From the NCBI GenBank assembly GCA_010405405.1, contig MU004230.1, positions 3,893,119 through 3,957,118 on the forward strand: a stretch of 64,000 bases of DNA, given 5' to 3'. A program made the position numbers and the translations under genes. The notes beneath the pieces were generated by a model, which was not told the origin of the DNA, did no database searches, and saw nothing but the letters and a program-made list of their open reading frames with translations. Source of the stretch: Microthyrium microscopicum (Eukaryota). Positions within the stretch are counted from its first letter, which is position 1, and each line of letters opens with the position of its first letter. Below, piece after piece: positions 13,693-27,878 of this stretch.

Positions 13693-14425
13693 ATGCCAAT
13701 GGACGCGCTCTCCAACAAGGTGACAATGCCTGTGCAGCCTCCCCACGGCATCAAGCGCGCCGCCACTGACGACCTCGAGCGCCATCAGCGTATGCTCAAG
13801 CGATTCGATAGATTGCATCTTGGTAAGTTATTTGATTTTCTGCAAGGATCCTTTCAAAAATGGCTCTCGCTGACGGCTGATTGCAGACAAACATGACGGC
13901 AAAGTACATACTCCCGTGACCGCATCGCCAGATCTCGCAGAATCAAGGACCCATATATCGAATCGAGCACCGCGCGCACTCTCCCGAAAACGTCGAGATG
14001 ATGGAGATTACGACTCCATGGACGTGGAGGACACGAAACACCGAGTCTTCATTCGCGATCTCGACCAAGAGTTGGCTGAAGCCGAGTCTGACGAAGAACA
14101 TCCAATTTTCATTCCAGACATTGAGAAACATCTCATGAAAATACCCAAATCCGTACTCATCGGCGACGACGATCGGAAACGAATGGAAAAGATGCAGCTC
14201 GTTATCTACAACGTGCCTTCCTCCTTGACCATACCCGAAGAGCAAGATAGCGTGCGACGCGCAATCCTCGAAACACGGCAGAGAATCCGTCAAGGACAGC
14301 CATTCAGAGTGCCAGATTTGCCCATACATCACGAGCCCGAACCTGCCAGCGCCATACATCTTGACACTCATCAAGAAACATATTCAAACGACGACTACGA
14401 TCCAGATGCCATGGACATTGAATGA
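13693..14425 (+). CDS. Conserved-looking fungal hypothetical protein
   Basis: Exon 13693-13822, intron 13823-13886 (GTAAGT...CTGAT...CAG) and exon 13887-14425 join in frame. Acidic, protein-like composition. Start codon uncertain (13585, 13693 or 13699). Confidence 0.75.
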
Positions 14426-14615
14426 AGCCTTATCTTATCTGCCTTTCAGCGAGGAGTTTTGTTCAGGAATAACATCGGATACAAGCACCATATTTTGGTA
14501 CTGAGTAATAAACTAATTTGAACGCTCACAATGCATCTAATATACACAATCATTGCAACTGTCCATCGCCAGAACTAATATCTCATAGCTTCAATCCCTG
14601 CTTCACTGCCGCGCG

Positions 14616-15233
14616 TTACGCCGGCCTTGTCACTCCCGTCTCTTGTTGTGGAGGCATATAGCTTGGAAGCGGTCTACTGTCTTGCATTGGTGCCACCTTT
14701 GATCCGCCCGGCGGAGGTTGGTAGGATGGCGGCATGTCTGCGCTCGAATATACTAGTCTCTCTGTCAGCAGTCTGCTCAGTATCAAATAGTGCTGCGCTT
14801 ACGTGGTGGTGGTTCCATGTTATGTTGGTTTTGCATGCCGTAGCTGCCTGGGTTGTAGTATCCATACTCGTTTTGTGGTGGCGGCATTCGTTGAGAGCGT
14901 GGGACGAGCCACTACGATAACCGTCAGCCATCTTATCGCCTTCTTATGCGGCCAAAGTCTACTCACTCGATGGTATGCAAGCGGTTTGTTGCCCATCCGT
15001 ATTCTCCGCCTCGCGTGCAGATAGCCAAGCGTGACCCAGAGAAAGAACGTCATAAAGAGACCCAGCACCACCGCCCACTTGACGATATACGCCGTCTATC
15101 ACCAAGAGATCAGTCACAATCCTCTCTCGCGCCACCAATCCCAACATACCGGTGAATACCACCAGCCCAAATGCTCCCTGCCATCCTCATCCAGCAAAAT
15201 AACATCTCTTTTCGCAATCATACTAGCATCCAT
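14616..15233 (-). CDS. Small single-pass membrane protein with PPxY motifs, RCR (Congo-red resistance/Rsp5 adaptor)-like
   Basis: Exons 15233-15150, 15095-14967, 14911-14803, 14752-14616 give GWWYSP-TAYIVKWAVVLGLFMTFFLWVTLGYLHARRR...PLAYHRWL...PPPLY...PPSY...LPSY. All junctions are GT-AG and in frame. Confidence 0.8.
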
Positions 15234-16974
15234 TCCGCTGCGGCCGATAGCATACAGAAAGCGAGTGTAAAGAGAATGCGAGAATAACCAAGTTGTAGCG
15301 ACCCAGGTCAAGAAAGGAAGGATCAGGTTGAGAAAGGATTAGCCCAGGTAAACGATTTGGGAAAGTCGCTTGGCCCAACTCTCTAAGCAGAGCCGCAACG
15401 ATCCAAAGTCTCCTAGCGGCGTTCCGACAGGTCCAGATGGATAAACAAATGCTCTTGGCGATGGTCTCAAGATAGCGTTACTCTTGTGCTGTTGGATGGT
15501 TGAGTTGTCGTTGAAACAGGGTAAACCAGCTAAACCAAATGCCAAAGAACGCTCGGTGTCGACGTGAGGAGTAACGGTATAAGTGAATCTCGCTATAGGG
15601 TTCTTTTATTTTTATTCCGGGGCCGTTTTGGGCGGCTTGAGGGATAAGGTAGAGTATTTCTGGCAGCGAGGGCTAGATTGGTAAATTGATAATTGATGCC
15701 TGATATAGAACTTGCGCCGTGTCTAGAACCAGGGCGCTGAGAATATCATTTTGCTCACAGCGGTATGAGCCTTTCTAACTTTTGTATGTAATGTACGAAT
15801 GTAAGGATGGATGAAGGGAAACAATTTTGATGCTCGCTGCGCAGGAGAGCGGCGCATGGACAAGGAGGATCATCCCATAATTCAGGAATCCAACGGCATC
15901 CACCGAATTGTGTACCAATAGCAGCTGATCGACACGTGAAATCCATCAGCGATTTACTTGTCAAACAGTACGGTATACTCCACACGACCAATTAGTCCTC
16001 TATCCACCAGCCCATCAAACACTACATCCACCGCCTGAACAGCCATGATATACGAGTGGGGGAGAGACATCTTTTCCATTATCTTAGTATCCGACTGGCA
16101 AGAATTCGGACGACAGAGCAGAGCGAAGCTGGGCTCGGCACGTACAAAGCCGGGGCAGCTGTTTGACATTGTTTGGACGTTGGATTGGGGTTGCGGCGTG
16201 CGACGTTTCATCCTCAAAGGGGGGATTGAGCTGTTTGTACAAGGGAGAGAACAAATGCAAGGTTTTGGCGCCAGCTGAAGTTATGGCATAGAGTACTGAT
16301 GACTTCCCTTGATATTACTATATTTCCTAGCTTAATGCCTAAGATTTGGATTCCAGAGACATGAGGTCAATGGTGGCGTGCATGTTGGGCATTCCTAATT
16401 ATTATACAGGCAAATGTGCCTAGGATGTCGTCAATTCATTTTTAACCCTGTGATTAGAGCTGGCATTGATAATACCTTGTTATTAAGAGGCTTGATATGG
16501 GCAGGTATCCAGCCGTCTGGCTGTGATGTTTGATGCTGATCAAAAACTGTACGTACCTCACATATGATTCTATTGCCACTGCTACTTGGGTACCGACAAG
16601 AGATTAAGATGACAATCAACAATGGTCAATGGAGGAATTAGCTCTTTAGATATTCAGGTCTACAATAATAAGTCCAACTATGGGACTAACCAAGAGCATA
16701 CTTGCTCAACAACCTTTGTACCAACTCCGCAACATCAGCAAACTCGGTGTTGCAATAAAATCGCTCTGGTATGGTACATTGTACTCAAGTACAAGGAATA
16801 ATAACAAAAGGGAACCCGGGGTATACGTTCATGCTCGTCTAAAATCGGCTGTGGTGAATCTTTTTTGTATGCCCAAAACTAGATGTCATGATGCAAACGC
16901 TGTAACAATACGAAAGTCTGCTTTTGGTGCGCCTCATGCTTGTGCACGTGGTATTATGCTTTTCCAACGAGAAT

Positions 16975-19900
16975 TTACTCGATCAAATTGCGAACATTAG
17001 GACTGGCAGATGCACCATGTGGTGCTGCTCGAGGCGGTAGCTGCTGCTGAGGTAGTCCAGGAGGCATATGTCGCGGACCTGGCGCCATGCCTGGTACTGG
17101 ACTGCCATGATGAGGTGGACCTGGACTATGATGGTGGTGTGTAGCATAGTTGGGGTGGGGTGGAAGAGGAGATGGAGGTGGGTGGCCTTGTACCATTGGA
17201 TAAGGGCTCTCCGATTGTCGGGGCATTGGTTGATTTGGATGAGGCATAGTTGGCGAATGTAATCCCATGCCATTAGTCATTGGGGGCCCTACAGGGTGTA
17301 GCTGCGGACCTGCACTGGGTAAAGGATAGCTTGGTCCAGAATGCGCTTGCGGTGGAAGCGGCCCTTGTGGTAGTGGAGTTCCACGAGGATATCCTGGATG
17401 CGATGAAGGATGCGAGTTGTGTGGAGGAGCTGGTGCATTGTATGGAGATTCTTGACCACTCATCACTGTATCCCGAGGTGGATAAGGTCCCTCTGGAATA
17501 GGGTGAGATGAATATGAGCCATCTGGAATTGAGTGAGACTGGTATGCTCCCTCGGGAGTAGCATGAGGAGGTGGGTATGGTCCATCTGGTGCAGCATACC
17601 CAGGATGCGGTCTATACTGGGCGCTGGGCGAGTTATGTACAGGAGCTGGACCATTACTATAGGGAGCTGGTGGTGGCCAAGCACCATGGGTAGGAGCCTG
17701 GACTTGAATGCTTGTTAGAGGTGCCCAACTTGGTGGTGGTTGAGGAATTCCATTCGCCGGGAGTGGATCTGCTGGCTCAACGACCGGATCTAAATCCATT
17801 TGATTGTCATCAACGATCTCTGGATGCTTTCGTCGGTGGTGACACTTGTGACACTCGTATTCCACGCTTTCCTTAATACCGTCTTGAGGTGTTGGTCCTG
17901 CACCATTTGTTGGTACAGGCTCTGGAGGATCAATGCGATGAGGCGTAACTCCATTAGATAGCAGAGACTCAACACGCATGGATGACTCTCGACTACGCGG
18001 AGGTTCAGATTTCAAGCCATTGACCATGGGAGTATCCTCGTTGGCTGGGCGTAAAGGTTTTGGCAATTTCCACCATCTCGGAGTGGTGTCAATTGAACAG
18101 GTTACACAAATGCGACGATCCTGCTCACCACCAGCTTCTACGCTGGCTTCTTTAATTCCTCGTGCCCTCGACGGTATTGAGGTAGAGGATCGTCGTTGAT
18201 CTAGACCAAGGGCGTGTTTGTTCATAAAGTCATCCAGTTGATTCGCTTTTCGAGTTGTGCCCGATAACGTAAGATCAGCTTGTTTGTTGTTCTGTGCAAA
18301 GAGCTGTATGGCCGTCAAGCCAGTATCATCCACCTTTTCGTTCAGCAGATGAAGATGTGGTGCTTTTGCGGCAGAATGCTCCTTACACCAGATCGTAGCC
18401 TGTATTTTGCCAGTATCCTTGCCTAGAGTAACGGTTGGCTCTCGCCGGGAGCTCTTGACAGGGACAATTTCGAAACCGAAAGCATATCCAGCTTGGATCG
18501 CACACCCAACATGCATATACTTGGCGCAGGAGGTGCCATGACAAGCCAAAGTTGATCCATTGCTGGTCTGGCACACTGTACATTTGTGAACGTGCGAAAC
18601 ACAAGCGATAGGGATACCTTCTGCAGATTCCAGGGTTTTTGCGTTGCTGAATCTGACATCTGGATTGAAGAGAGCACAAGAGACGTGTACCCAATTGTTG
18701 TCAGCTGTTCGCTTGAGGGCTTCTCTAGGAAGTTGAGGTCGGCCATGGTCTTTCTGCTGCTGGCAATACTGTTGGCCCAGACGCTGCGCAAACTCTTTTT
18801 CGAGCCTCTCCTTCTCCTTCTCTCGGTCATTTTTCTTTTTATGAGAAATCTTCGGAGCTTCTACGAGGTCTCGCTGAGTTGAATGTACTGGGCAAAGGAT
18901 GCAATTATATTCGTACGAAGCTGGATCGATTGAAGATCCAGCAATTGCAGCTGACTCCTTCCGGTCGTTGGCACACATGTCGCAGCTCCACTTGTTAGCC
19001 GAGCGAAGCTCCACCAGGCCGTAACATTTTCGATGGACGGTCAGTCTACAATCTCGACACACTAATTTCATATCATTGTCAGTATCTTCGCCGCTGCAGA
19101 CCGCGCACGGAAGATCTCGCATCCTAGGCATAGCAGGCATAAGTGGTGGCGTGGGCGGTCGCGGAGGTGGAGGTGGTGCTGGAGCCGGCTTCTTCTTCTC
19201 TGGAGGAGGCTCTTGGAGAGATAGTCTTGCTTTCTTCTTGGAGGGCTCAGCTCCAGACAATGAATCCGCATCTGGAGTTTCGACTCCATCAGAATGCGAC
19301 CCCTTTACACCATTGGATAATTCAATCTCCTTCAGGAGTTCTGGATCCAGCTTCTTCTTCCATGCCTTGCTGCCAACTTGTGTAAGCTTTTTCATGGTTT
19401 CATCCATGTTCTCCCACTGGATAGCATATTTGCGCCACAAACGCGCGCACCTCTCGCACAAGGCAATAATGGACGAGTCTTTTTTGGCGCCAGACGCAGG
19501 TGGACCAGTTGAGATGAGAGGGGCGCGGCGCCAAACTCGTGAGTGTCGTGTAGAGCAAAACTTGCAGGCGAGACGTCGGCTCTTCTTCTCAATCTTGCCA
19601 TTATCGAATGCAGAGTCATCAACTTCGTCAGCAATCTCTTCAAGCATCTTGGCGGCGACATCCGTCTCGGCCTTATCCGATTTGAGCTTCTTTGCGTGCT
19701 TTCTGCCACCAAAAGAGCCCCAAATATCTTTGCCTTTCTCGGTTTTCTTCCAATGATACCAATAGCGAACGATATCTGCGTGTGGGAGGTTCTTAACGTG
19801 CATTCGCACAAGCCGCAGTTCAGACCCATATTTTGATACGCCTTCCTCGAATCGTTTCTTATCTTCCTGAGACATCATCAATTTCGGGTCGCGCAAGTCT

Positions 19901-22274
19901 TTTCGCATTTGACCAGGCTTGTCTGGCCACTTTCCGACCGGATCTGTCTTCTTCAGTTGTTTCAACGACAGATCGGCATCAAATTTGTTTTCCGTGAATA
20001 GATAGAGAGCTCGATCGAGGAAATCCACAGAACTTGGTGAAACTTTCAGGTGTTGGGCTACATTCTTCGTCCGTGCCATATATGCATCGACGGCTTTTTC
20101 ATCCACAGCTCTGGAATCATCGAGTCCTCGATCAGACTTCTCACCCACTTCAGGTAATCTGAACTCTAGCCGGGCAGTGTTGGCAGGGTCCTTGTTGGGA
20201 TGATCCTCACCTCGGCGTACATATCCTGGGGGCTCGTCCTGTATCCACTTGGGTCGATTAGCCTTGGCAATCTTTTCAGCTTCCAGAGCGGCTGCGGATT
20301 CTTTGGATAGTTTCTGCCCATCTTTCTTCCCGACAGCACGAACAAACTTCTTCTTCACCTCCGTAGCCTTGACAAGTTCCACAGGTCTGCCATACCATGG
20401 AAGAACTACCGCCTGATGCTTTGGCCCCAGTCGCGAGCTGGCTCGCGGATAGATCGCCCGGTCATCGTACTGAAGCGCATCCTCGACTCGACAATGAATT
20501 CCAAGATATCTCATGGTCCACATTTTTGCATGAGCTATTTCAGCTTCAGTCGCTGGTCTATCATCATAGGCGGCCGGGGATCCAGCGTTTGTCGTAGGTA
20601 CAACTTCTTCCTCTTCCTCCTCAACAACCTCATCGTCAACGTCAGGGGTGTTGTTGCCAATAACTGGGGTACGCCGGGCTTCCAGTCTACGTTCTTGTGC
20701 TCTACTGCAAGGAGCGCAAGCCCAAGCAAAGCCTCGCGATGGTTTCTTGAGCAGAGCTGGTCTTACGCAGTTCATGTGGTAGGTATTCTTACACACCGCA
20801 CAGTCCACCGAGTCGTTTCTGTCAATTCTGTTAATAATCGTCCCACACGGGCATTTCTCATCACTTACGCTGCACAATAGCCGCTGCATCGTTTGCAAAG
20901 CTTTGCATTGCTGGTGAGCTCCTTGACTTTAGTAGCCTCAACGACGATATACTTCCATCTTTCATCAAGTGCTTTCTTGACATTTTCGGGAACATTGACG
21001 ACTTGGTGAGTTGGAATGACTTCGAACCAGCGGTGCATAAAGCGGTCGAAAACCTGACTAAAATAAAAATGATCAGGCTGTTTTTTGTATTCTTCGATAT
21101 CGCCCGCATCAGCTTTGTGAGACACGACACATTTTCCACGTAGCGATGTCAGGGGGCAGACATCGGAATGCATGGTTGCAAACACTAATCGGGTGTCGTT
21201 ACTAAAGCGCTGCACGTCACGTGGTCGGTAGAACCAATTGACGCGCAGACTGACGACCGGCGTGTTGGCATCATCAGATTCTTTTGTCCGGAATTCCATA
21301 ATCCGACATAGATAGTATGGATCGCCAGGCGGCTCACACACAAGATAGACAAAATCTGGAGGCTGCGATTAGCGCTGCTAAAATAGGAAGGAACGGGTTT
21401 TAGGTTTGTAGAAATTGCAAGACATGCAGGGGCGAAGCAAAGGATTCCAAGCGGCGACCGGCCAACAAGCAAACTTACCATTTACTGAAAATACTGTCCC
21501 ATCATCAGCAACCAAACTGCCTTTTTGCAACTTGGCTTTGGTCCGTTCAAACGAAAACATGTTGCTGCCGCGGGTTTCTCTAGCGCTCACTGAAGGGTTG
21601 GCGCGTCTGGAGTGGGCCTGTGCTGCCTGTTGCTGCACCACTTGACCCTGGTTGGTAGAGGCCTGGGCGGCTTTCCGTTTTTTTGGGACATTCAGATTAG
21701 GATTTGCTGAAAACGTCGAGGTGCCTGGAATTGATGAATTGACGTTTACTGGGCTCCAGCCATTGCCGTTATTGCTCGATGACAGCCGCTTTTGTGCTGC
21801 CGGCGCTGCCGGTGAGGTTCGTGATGCCGCTGTTGGACTTTCTGGCAATGACGAGTCATGGTTTCCGTTGTTGGCTGCTGCTGCTGCTGCGGCGGCGGCG
21901 GATTGCTCAAAATCCATCTCGACATCTTCAGCATAATTGATTCGAGAAATGCCTGGTTTGTTGCGAGAGCGCGTGCCGTAGCCACCAGCAGCTTGAGCTT
22001 GTGCTGCCGCGTCCTTTGATGCAGATTGATGAGAAGAGGCAGAATTAGAAGCTGTCATGGGGTGGGATTGAGGAATATCATCAGGGTTGGGGGTGTGTGA
22101 TGCAGATGGAGCAGAAACTACCGGAGCTGGAGTGTGAGTTGATGAAGTGGAGGTTGCCATGTTTTCGGTGGCTGCAACAACAAGTTCTGCGTTGGGCTTG
22201 GAGTTTGAGGAAATAGATATTTGGCTTCTATCCTCATCAAGTGCAGGGCTGCCATCCAAGTGCGGGCCACCCAT
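16975..22274 (-). CDS. SNT2: BAH/PHD/ELM2/SANT chromatin protein, Snt2 orthologue
   Basis: BAH (EPPGDPYY...VNWFYRPRD), PHD (CAVCKNTYHMNC...WACAPC), ELM2 (RLGPKHQA), SANT (FEEGVSKYGSEL), CxxC...WRR...CxxC finger, second PHD and extended PHD. Introns 21478-21356 and 20868-20819. Exact start uncertain. Confidence 0.92.
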
Positions 22275-25200
22275 CTAAATAAAGGACAAGTGAAGGTGCC
22301 AAAAGGCACCAGCGAGATGAAAAAGTGGTGACAGTTAGAAACAAAGTATCAGTGAATGCAGAAGGTGGAGTGGAGTGGAGATGATCTTGTTCTTTGGAAT
22401 GGGAGAAGAGGTTGAGGAGGAGGAAGAAGAAAGATGATGGAGAGGCTAAGGTTTAGAAAGAGAAGGAAGGTTTGGGCGGCGGCTGAAGAAAGCAGTCAGA
22501 AAGATGATGGCAGATGGAGCGACCAGACACTAGTAGCCTTGAAGGTCCGAGCAACATGACAAGGGAAAAGAGATTTGGTATCGACCTCACCACGTACGCG
22601 CGAGCATGGCAGGCTGCTTCTGTCCAGAGCGTGTTTGCTCAAGAGAAGGCAGTGGCTCGATCTAACAGATCATCTGGCCACTAGCACTTATCACACGCCC
22701 AAAGTTACTGCAAGCGAGGATTATAGAGCGTTCGTTATGTTGAAGAACGAGTGCGAGTGTTGTCTACATAATAGCAAGAATCGCCCAGAGGCAGAGGGCA
22801 GTAAGATATTCCCGTGGCGAATAGGCTGCAGCTACCTTCATGTTAGTTATGCTACGTTTAGGATCCCTGATAATGGATCGGCTCTTGAAAGGGTCTGGCG
22901 AGCTAAAATCGCCCAGCTCCCGCGGGGAGATCGCTTCATTATTTTCATATCATCCTTCCCAGGTCAAGTCCACTGTTGATTGTGCCACTCTGGGCGCACA
23001 GTTCTCATGATAGTACCTAGGCTAAGGAGTCGTCCACCCATGTTAGTGGGCTTATTATTATAGCATGTCGCATTCCTGACGTTCGATATGGTAATCCTAG
23101 CACTGGGGCGGCAATCAAGTGGTTTCCCCATCAAATTCTACGGGCCACAGGAAGTTCTATATTCACCAAGGTGTATGTTTCCATATGATACATTATACTT
23201 TGGCAAGTGTCCTTGATGACATTTTCAATGTTGCGCCAATGAAATTGAGGCCTTTTGATAAGCAGTTGGGCACCAATGCAAACAAGCCAGTCGTTAAGAG
23301 ACCACTGGCTCGCCAAATCCCTCGTTCCTACCTTCTAGCGCTGTCCAGTTTCAATGAAGATACCCATGGACTCCTTACATCCTGTTATGGGCCAAATGGA
23401 AATGGTTTCTCGTGCGCAGCCTCAAAAGTGTGCGAGATCTGGATTAAAAAGCGCCATCATGCACCCCTAGTTTAGATGGGCTTCATCCGGCAATGCATCG
23501 AAAACACGGTCAAAAAGTGCTCTAAGATCGAACAAACGTCGACGTCGAGGAAGAGGAAGCCGATGAAGCTCGAAAATAAAGTCAGATGATGGAGAAAGAA
23601 TTGATGGCAATGCAGGGCTCTATCGGTGTTTTCAGGCCTTGTCGTTGGAGGTGGCTGCGAGGGAAGCCGGGGCCTAAGGTTAGTTATAACGTGCGTCGAG
23701 GTTCTATCAACCTCACCTCAAAAGGCCGCAGCCAAACAGAGAAAATTCCCGCCAAATAATAGGACATTGTACCTAAATATTGATTGCATATATCTCATAC
23801 TGGATTTGACAGCTTTTGACACAAAAAAAGGATGATCCGACCAACTACTCAGGTTGTGCATTGGCCCGTGCAAGGTTCATCATTTGCCGCTCTGTCGCAC
23901 CTCGACCCAGAGGTCACGATCAATTACGACTGTTTTTCACAAGTTTTATTTGCTACAAGCAGTTTCTCCATGTGTCCGGTAGCATACTTGAACAATAGCA
24001 CGCCAAGGTCCCCTGGGAAATGTCTTTACAAAGTCAATGATCATGAGATGCGATGGACCAGTAGAGATACGATATGCTAAACTGAAGCATACGGGTAAGG
24101 CGGGGAACATAAGTGAGGAAAGTGAAAGCAACAGTGGGTAGGAGCTTACTGTGTTGGCCTTACTACCGCAGTCAAGAGCGGTTGGGAGACATTCTAGAGC
24201 AGGAAAGCGGCGTGGACAACAAAGCGAAGAAGGAGTCCAGGTTTGAGATTCAGAATATGGCGGGCGCCGCTTCGGAAGTGCTGGCAATATGAAGCACTGA
24301 ATCATCCAGTCAGTTCAGTCCAGCAGGAAACTCCGCCATAAATGGATGGTATCTTCCGTGCCCCTTCATGGCCCCTGTTAGTGTCAAGTTGAACCTTAGT
24401 TCCCTCAGCTTGAAAATGATATCTCGAGCGAATAAAGTAGCATCGCAATTGAATGACATGAAGACCCGATGAAGCGGTTGGTCTCAAGGTAGAAGTCAAA
24501 ATTCTTGAAACATAACAGAAATTATCGCACGGCGTTGGAATGATGTGAGTCTGATGGATTTTACGAAAATCTGAGTTGCTGTCCGTATGTGGCATGCGAC
24601 ATGGGGGGCTGGTAGCTTGGCACGCTAGCCCTTGTGGGATTTAAGCACTTGACGACACTTGTTGTTGAGACACCAAATGTCTAGATGTGACTAAGCATTG
24701 GCGGATCATGATTCTTTTCTCTTAGTAGCGGATCTTGCTGGGCGGAGAAGAGGCTGGCTTATTTGCGACACGTGGAAAATGGGCGGAGAGTGGAAGTTTG
24801 TCAAGTGGTGTCACTAATCTCGTAATCTGTGCTTGGACGATCTAATGAATGTTTCCGGAAGGTAAAACAAATATGCCCAATAAACAGGGCTGGGCGTGTA
24901 AAGTTGCAGCATTTGGGGACCGGACAAAAGCTACCAGATGATTATTTGCGACGCTCTATTTCGCGAAACGATTCATCCTCCACCTAGGTTCAAGTTTACA
25001 ATATCCACTTTGTGACTTGACTTTTAAGGAATGCGACGATTAAGAAATACAGGCTCGACTTAAGAAGCATCATTGCGAATTTCGACACTCAATGCGGTAG
25101 TTCAACTTTCGCATCAGAAGTCGCAGAAACATCCTGTGGCGTTGAGTCATAGAAGCAACAACACAATCGCTGCAGAAAAGTGCTAAAATGTAGATGCTCA

Positions 25201-25728
25201 CTATTTTCGATTACTTATAAACTCATATAAATCGGTACTTCATAACACGAAACAATGAGAGAAAATACCCAGAGAGTCAAGAACTCTATTTTTGTCGATA
25301 TCTGAGGTGGAAATATATCGCGTGAGCCACATCGGGCGACCCGCTGCATGGGCCCGGGGAGCAAGCCAGGATCTTCATCAACAGGCCCGAGGCGCAGCGA
25401 CTGCAACTTCAACCCATGAACCTTTTTCACAACCGCAGGCACATTGTCGCAGCCCTATATCTCAATAATAACTTGGCAACTGCTTAATCTATCAGATCCT
25501 CATTCGTATTTATCGTCCTCATCTTCCCTTGCATCTTAGATCCACATTGTGTTTTGCAGCAGCCCACTGAATCCCGTTCCTGAGCTCAAGCCACTCGCGC
25601 GACGTCATTGCACCATCGCAAGCTTTTGGCAGGTACATCCCGAGGCTCCGCGTGCCACTCCTGCCAACTTGAGCCTAACTAGTAAAGCTTGCTAGAGTAG
25701 CCATCTGGGCACTTTGCATGATATCACA

Positions 25729-27625
25729 ATGGCTTCTCCAGCTACTACTAGTACTAATAATGCCTCGGACATTTCTATTCATGTTTCTCCTGCACAAGAT
25801 GCTCCACTAAATACTCCACACAAAAGCCATCATCATTGGCCGCTAATCCACGGCCATGCCCGCAGTTCGAGCGCTGACCCGGCGCGAAAAGAAGCAGACG
25901 CCGCAAGAACTATTCAAGTACGTTTTGGTAGACAATGCTATGCAAGAAGCAATCCTAACGGACCACTGATAGAAGCACTATAGGGGCTATCGCGCACGTA
26001 GACAACTAGAAGGTACTGGTTTAGATGCATCAACAAGATGGAACGAGGTAGGCTATATCACTTCATAATTGCTCAGATCAAATTACTAACAAAAACTAGG
26101 CTATCAAAGAAGGTATGACCAATGATTTCACATGTTGTTGTAGTCTCTAAGTAGAATTACAGCTCGATATCGCAATGTAACGCGACCAGTGTCCCGGCAG
26201 CAACAGTCACCAGACGTTCATACGAATGCTATGCAACACTGGCGAAAAGCTGCTGAAGTCGCAAAACGAGCTGGCGATGACGATATGAGCGAGAGCTCAG
26301 GTGAAGAGGGCGTAGCACCCCACGAACTTGAGCAATATCGTAAAGCTAGAGCTGAGGCCAAGTCGAAGATGGAGGAGTCTGCAAAGATGATGGATCTTCA
26401 ATACTGGCTTGAGATGGTAGACACGAAGCATAGGTACGAGATTTACGCAAGTCAACTTTGGAGATTGGAACTCATAATTATAATCAGATATGGGAGCAAC
26501 CTTCGTGCCTACCATAACGCTTGGAAAAAGGCTGATACTCATGAAAACTTCTTCTACTGGCTCGATGAAGGCGAAGGCAAGAACGTGGAACTTCCAACTG
26601 TTTCACGACAGCGTCTAGACGGAGAGCAGGTCCGCTATCTTTCCCGTGAGGAGCGATTGCAGTACTTAGTCCGGATCGACTCCGAAGGCAGACTCTGCTG
26701 GGCGAAAAATGGCCAAAGAATATCAACCACGGCCGACTTCAGAGACAGTGTAAACGGCATAGTCAACAAAGACAGCGCAATGCAACCATGGTCTTGCAAT
26801 ACCCCCGTCGACCCTGAATCTACTCCTCAAACCACAACCACAGACTCTTCGCTATCGACCGAATCATCCCCTGTCTCCGAGACAGAAGGAGAGCACTACG
26901 TCAACCACGAACTGGACCGAGCTAAAGGCTGGAAAAAGTTCAAACAAGTCTCGCCCGCCGTTGTTCTAAACTCCCTCCTCCGCAAAACCGTAAAACCAGG
27001 CACGTGGATATTCGTCGCTGACACCCACTTTCACCTCTTCGTCGGTATCAAGCAATCTGGCGCATTCCAACACTCTTCCTTTCTCCATGGATCTCGAATC
27101 TCCTCTGCGGGCTTGATCAAGATCAAAGACGGCCAATTGCGAAAACTGTCACCACTCTCCGGCCACTACCGACCGCCATCCAAGAACTTTAGACTCTTCG
27201 TGCACTCGCTTAAAGACGCAGGCGTAGATATGTCTCGCGTCTCCATCTCGCGCTCCTATGCAGTCCTCGTCGGTCTAGAAGCCTACGTCCGCACGCGTAA
27301 AAAGATCAAGCACGGCATTGCGCATATGACCCATGGGAAAGACAAAGTGCTTAGGCCAGAAGTTGAAAAGGAGCGGAAAGCAGCTCAGCTGGATCCCAGC
27401 GAGAGCGCTAAACGTGAGCGTGAAGTGCTAGCTCAGGAGCAGAGAGAGGCGGAGGAGGCAAGACGCGAGATGGATGTGGCAACCCGATTGATGAGCAAAC
27501 TCAAGATTGACAGCTCGAGAACATCTTCTTTGAAACAGACTCCGTCGGCTCCGTCGGGTCCTAGGACTGTCGTGCATGAGGATCCTGAGTCTGGGATTGC
27601 GCCGGATGGGAAGAGGGAATTGTGA
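25729..27625 (+). CDS. IQ calmodulin-binding motif protein (IQM-like)
   Basis: Exons 25729-25917, 25973-26047, 26100-26112, 26163-26433, 26488-27625. Splicing creates IQKHYRGYRARR; also YWLEMVDTKHRYGSNL, FFYWLDEGEG, FQHSSFLHG and SGHYRP. Confidence 0.88.
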
Positions 27626-27878
27626 TGTATATTAGTTTGATGCGTTTGATGATACCCATAGATTTCTATTCTATCAGCTGTTATTGTTATACATCCCGGT
27701 GGTATAGGATGGCCTAGCTCTTGCCCATTACTTTTAAATGAGTCGACATTATAGAGAGGCGTCTACTCTGTCCAACGACTAGCTTTTATTTATATTATTT
27801 GACATTATAGATAGCTTCATGACTAATTTACAAATGGTATAACCGGTCTTTCGTCCATCGTTATAATTAAAGGATTAT

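Noticed and set aside
15755..16278. Possible small spliced gene (MSNSCPGF..., splice-like signals)
   Set aside because: No convincing frame or recognisable motif; left uncalled and needs RNA-seq.
22300..25700. ORFs in the long SNT2 / IQ-gene divergent intergenic region
   Set aside because: Short, mostly non-ATG starts, no motifs; no tRNA or snoRNA structure recognised.
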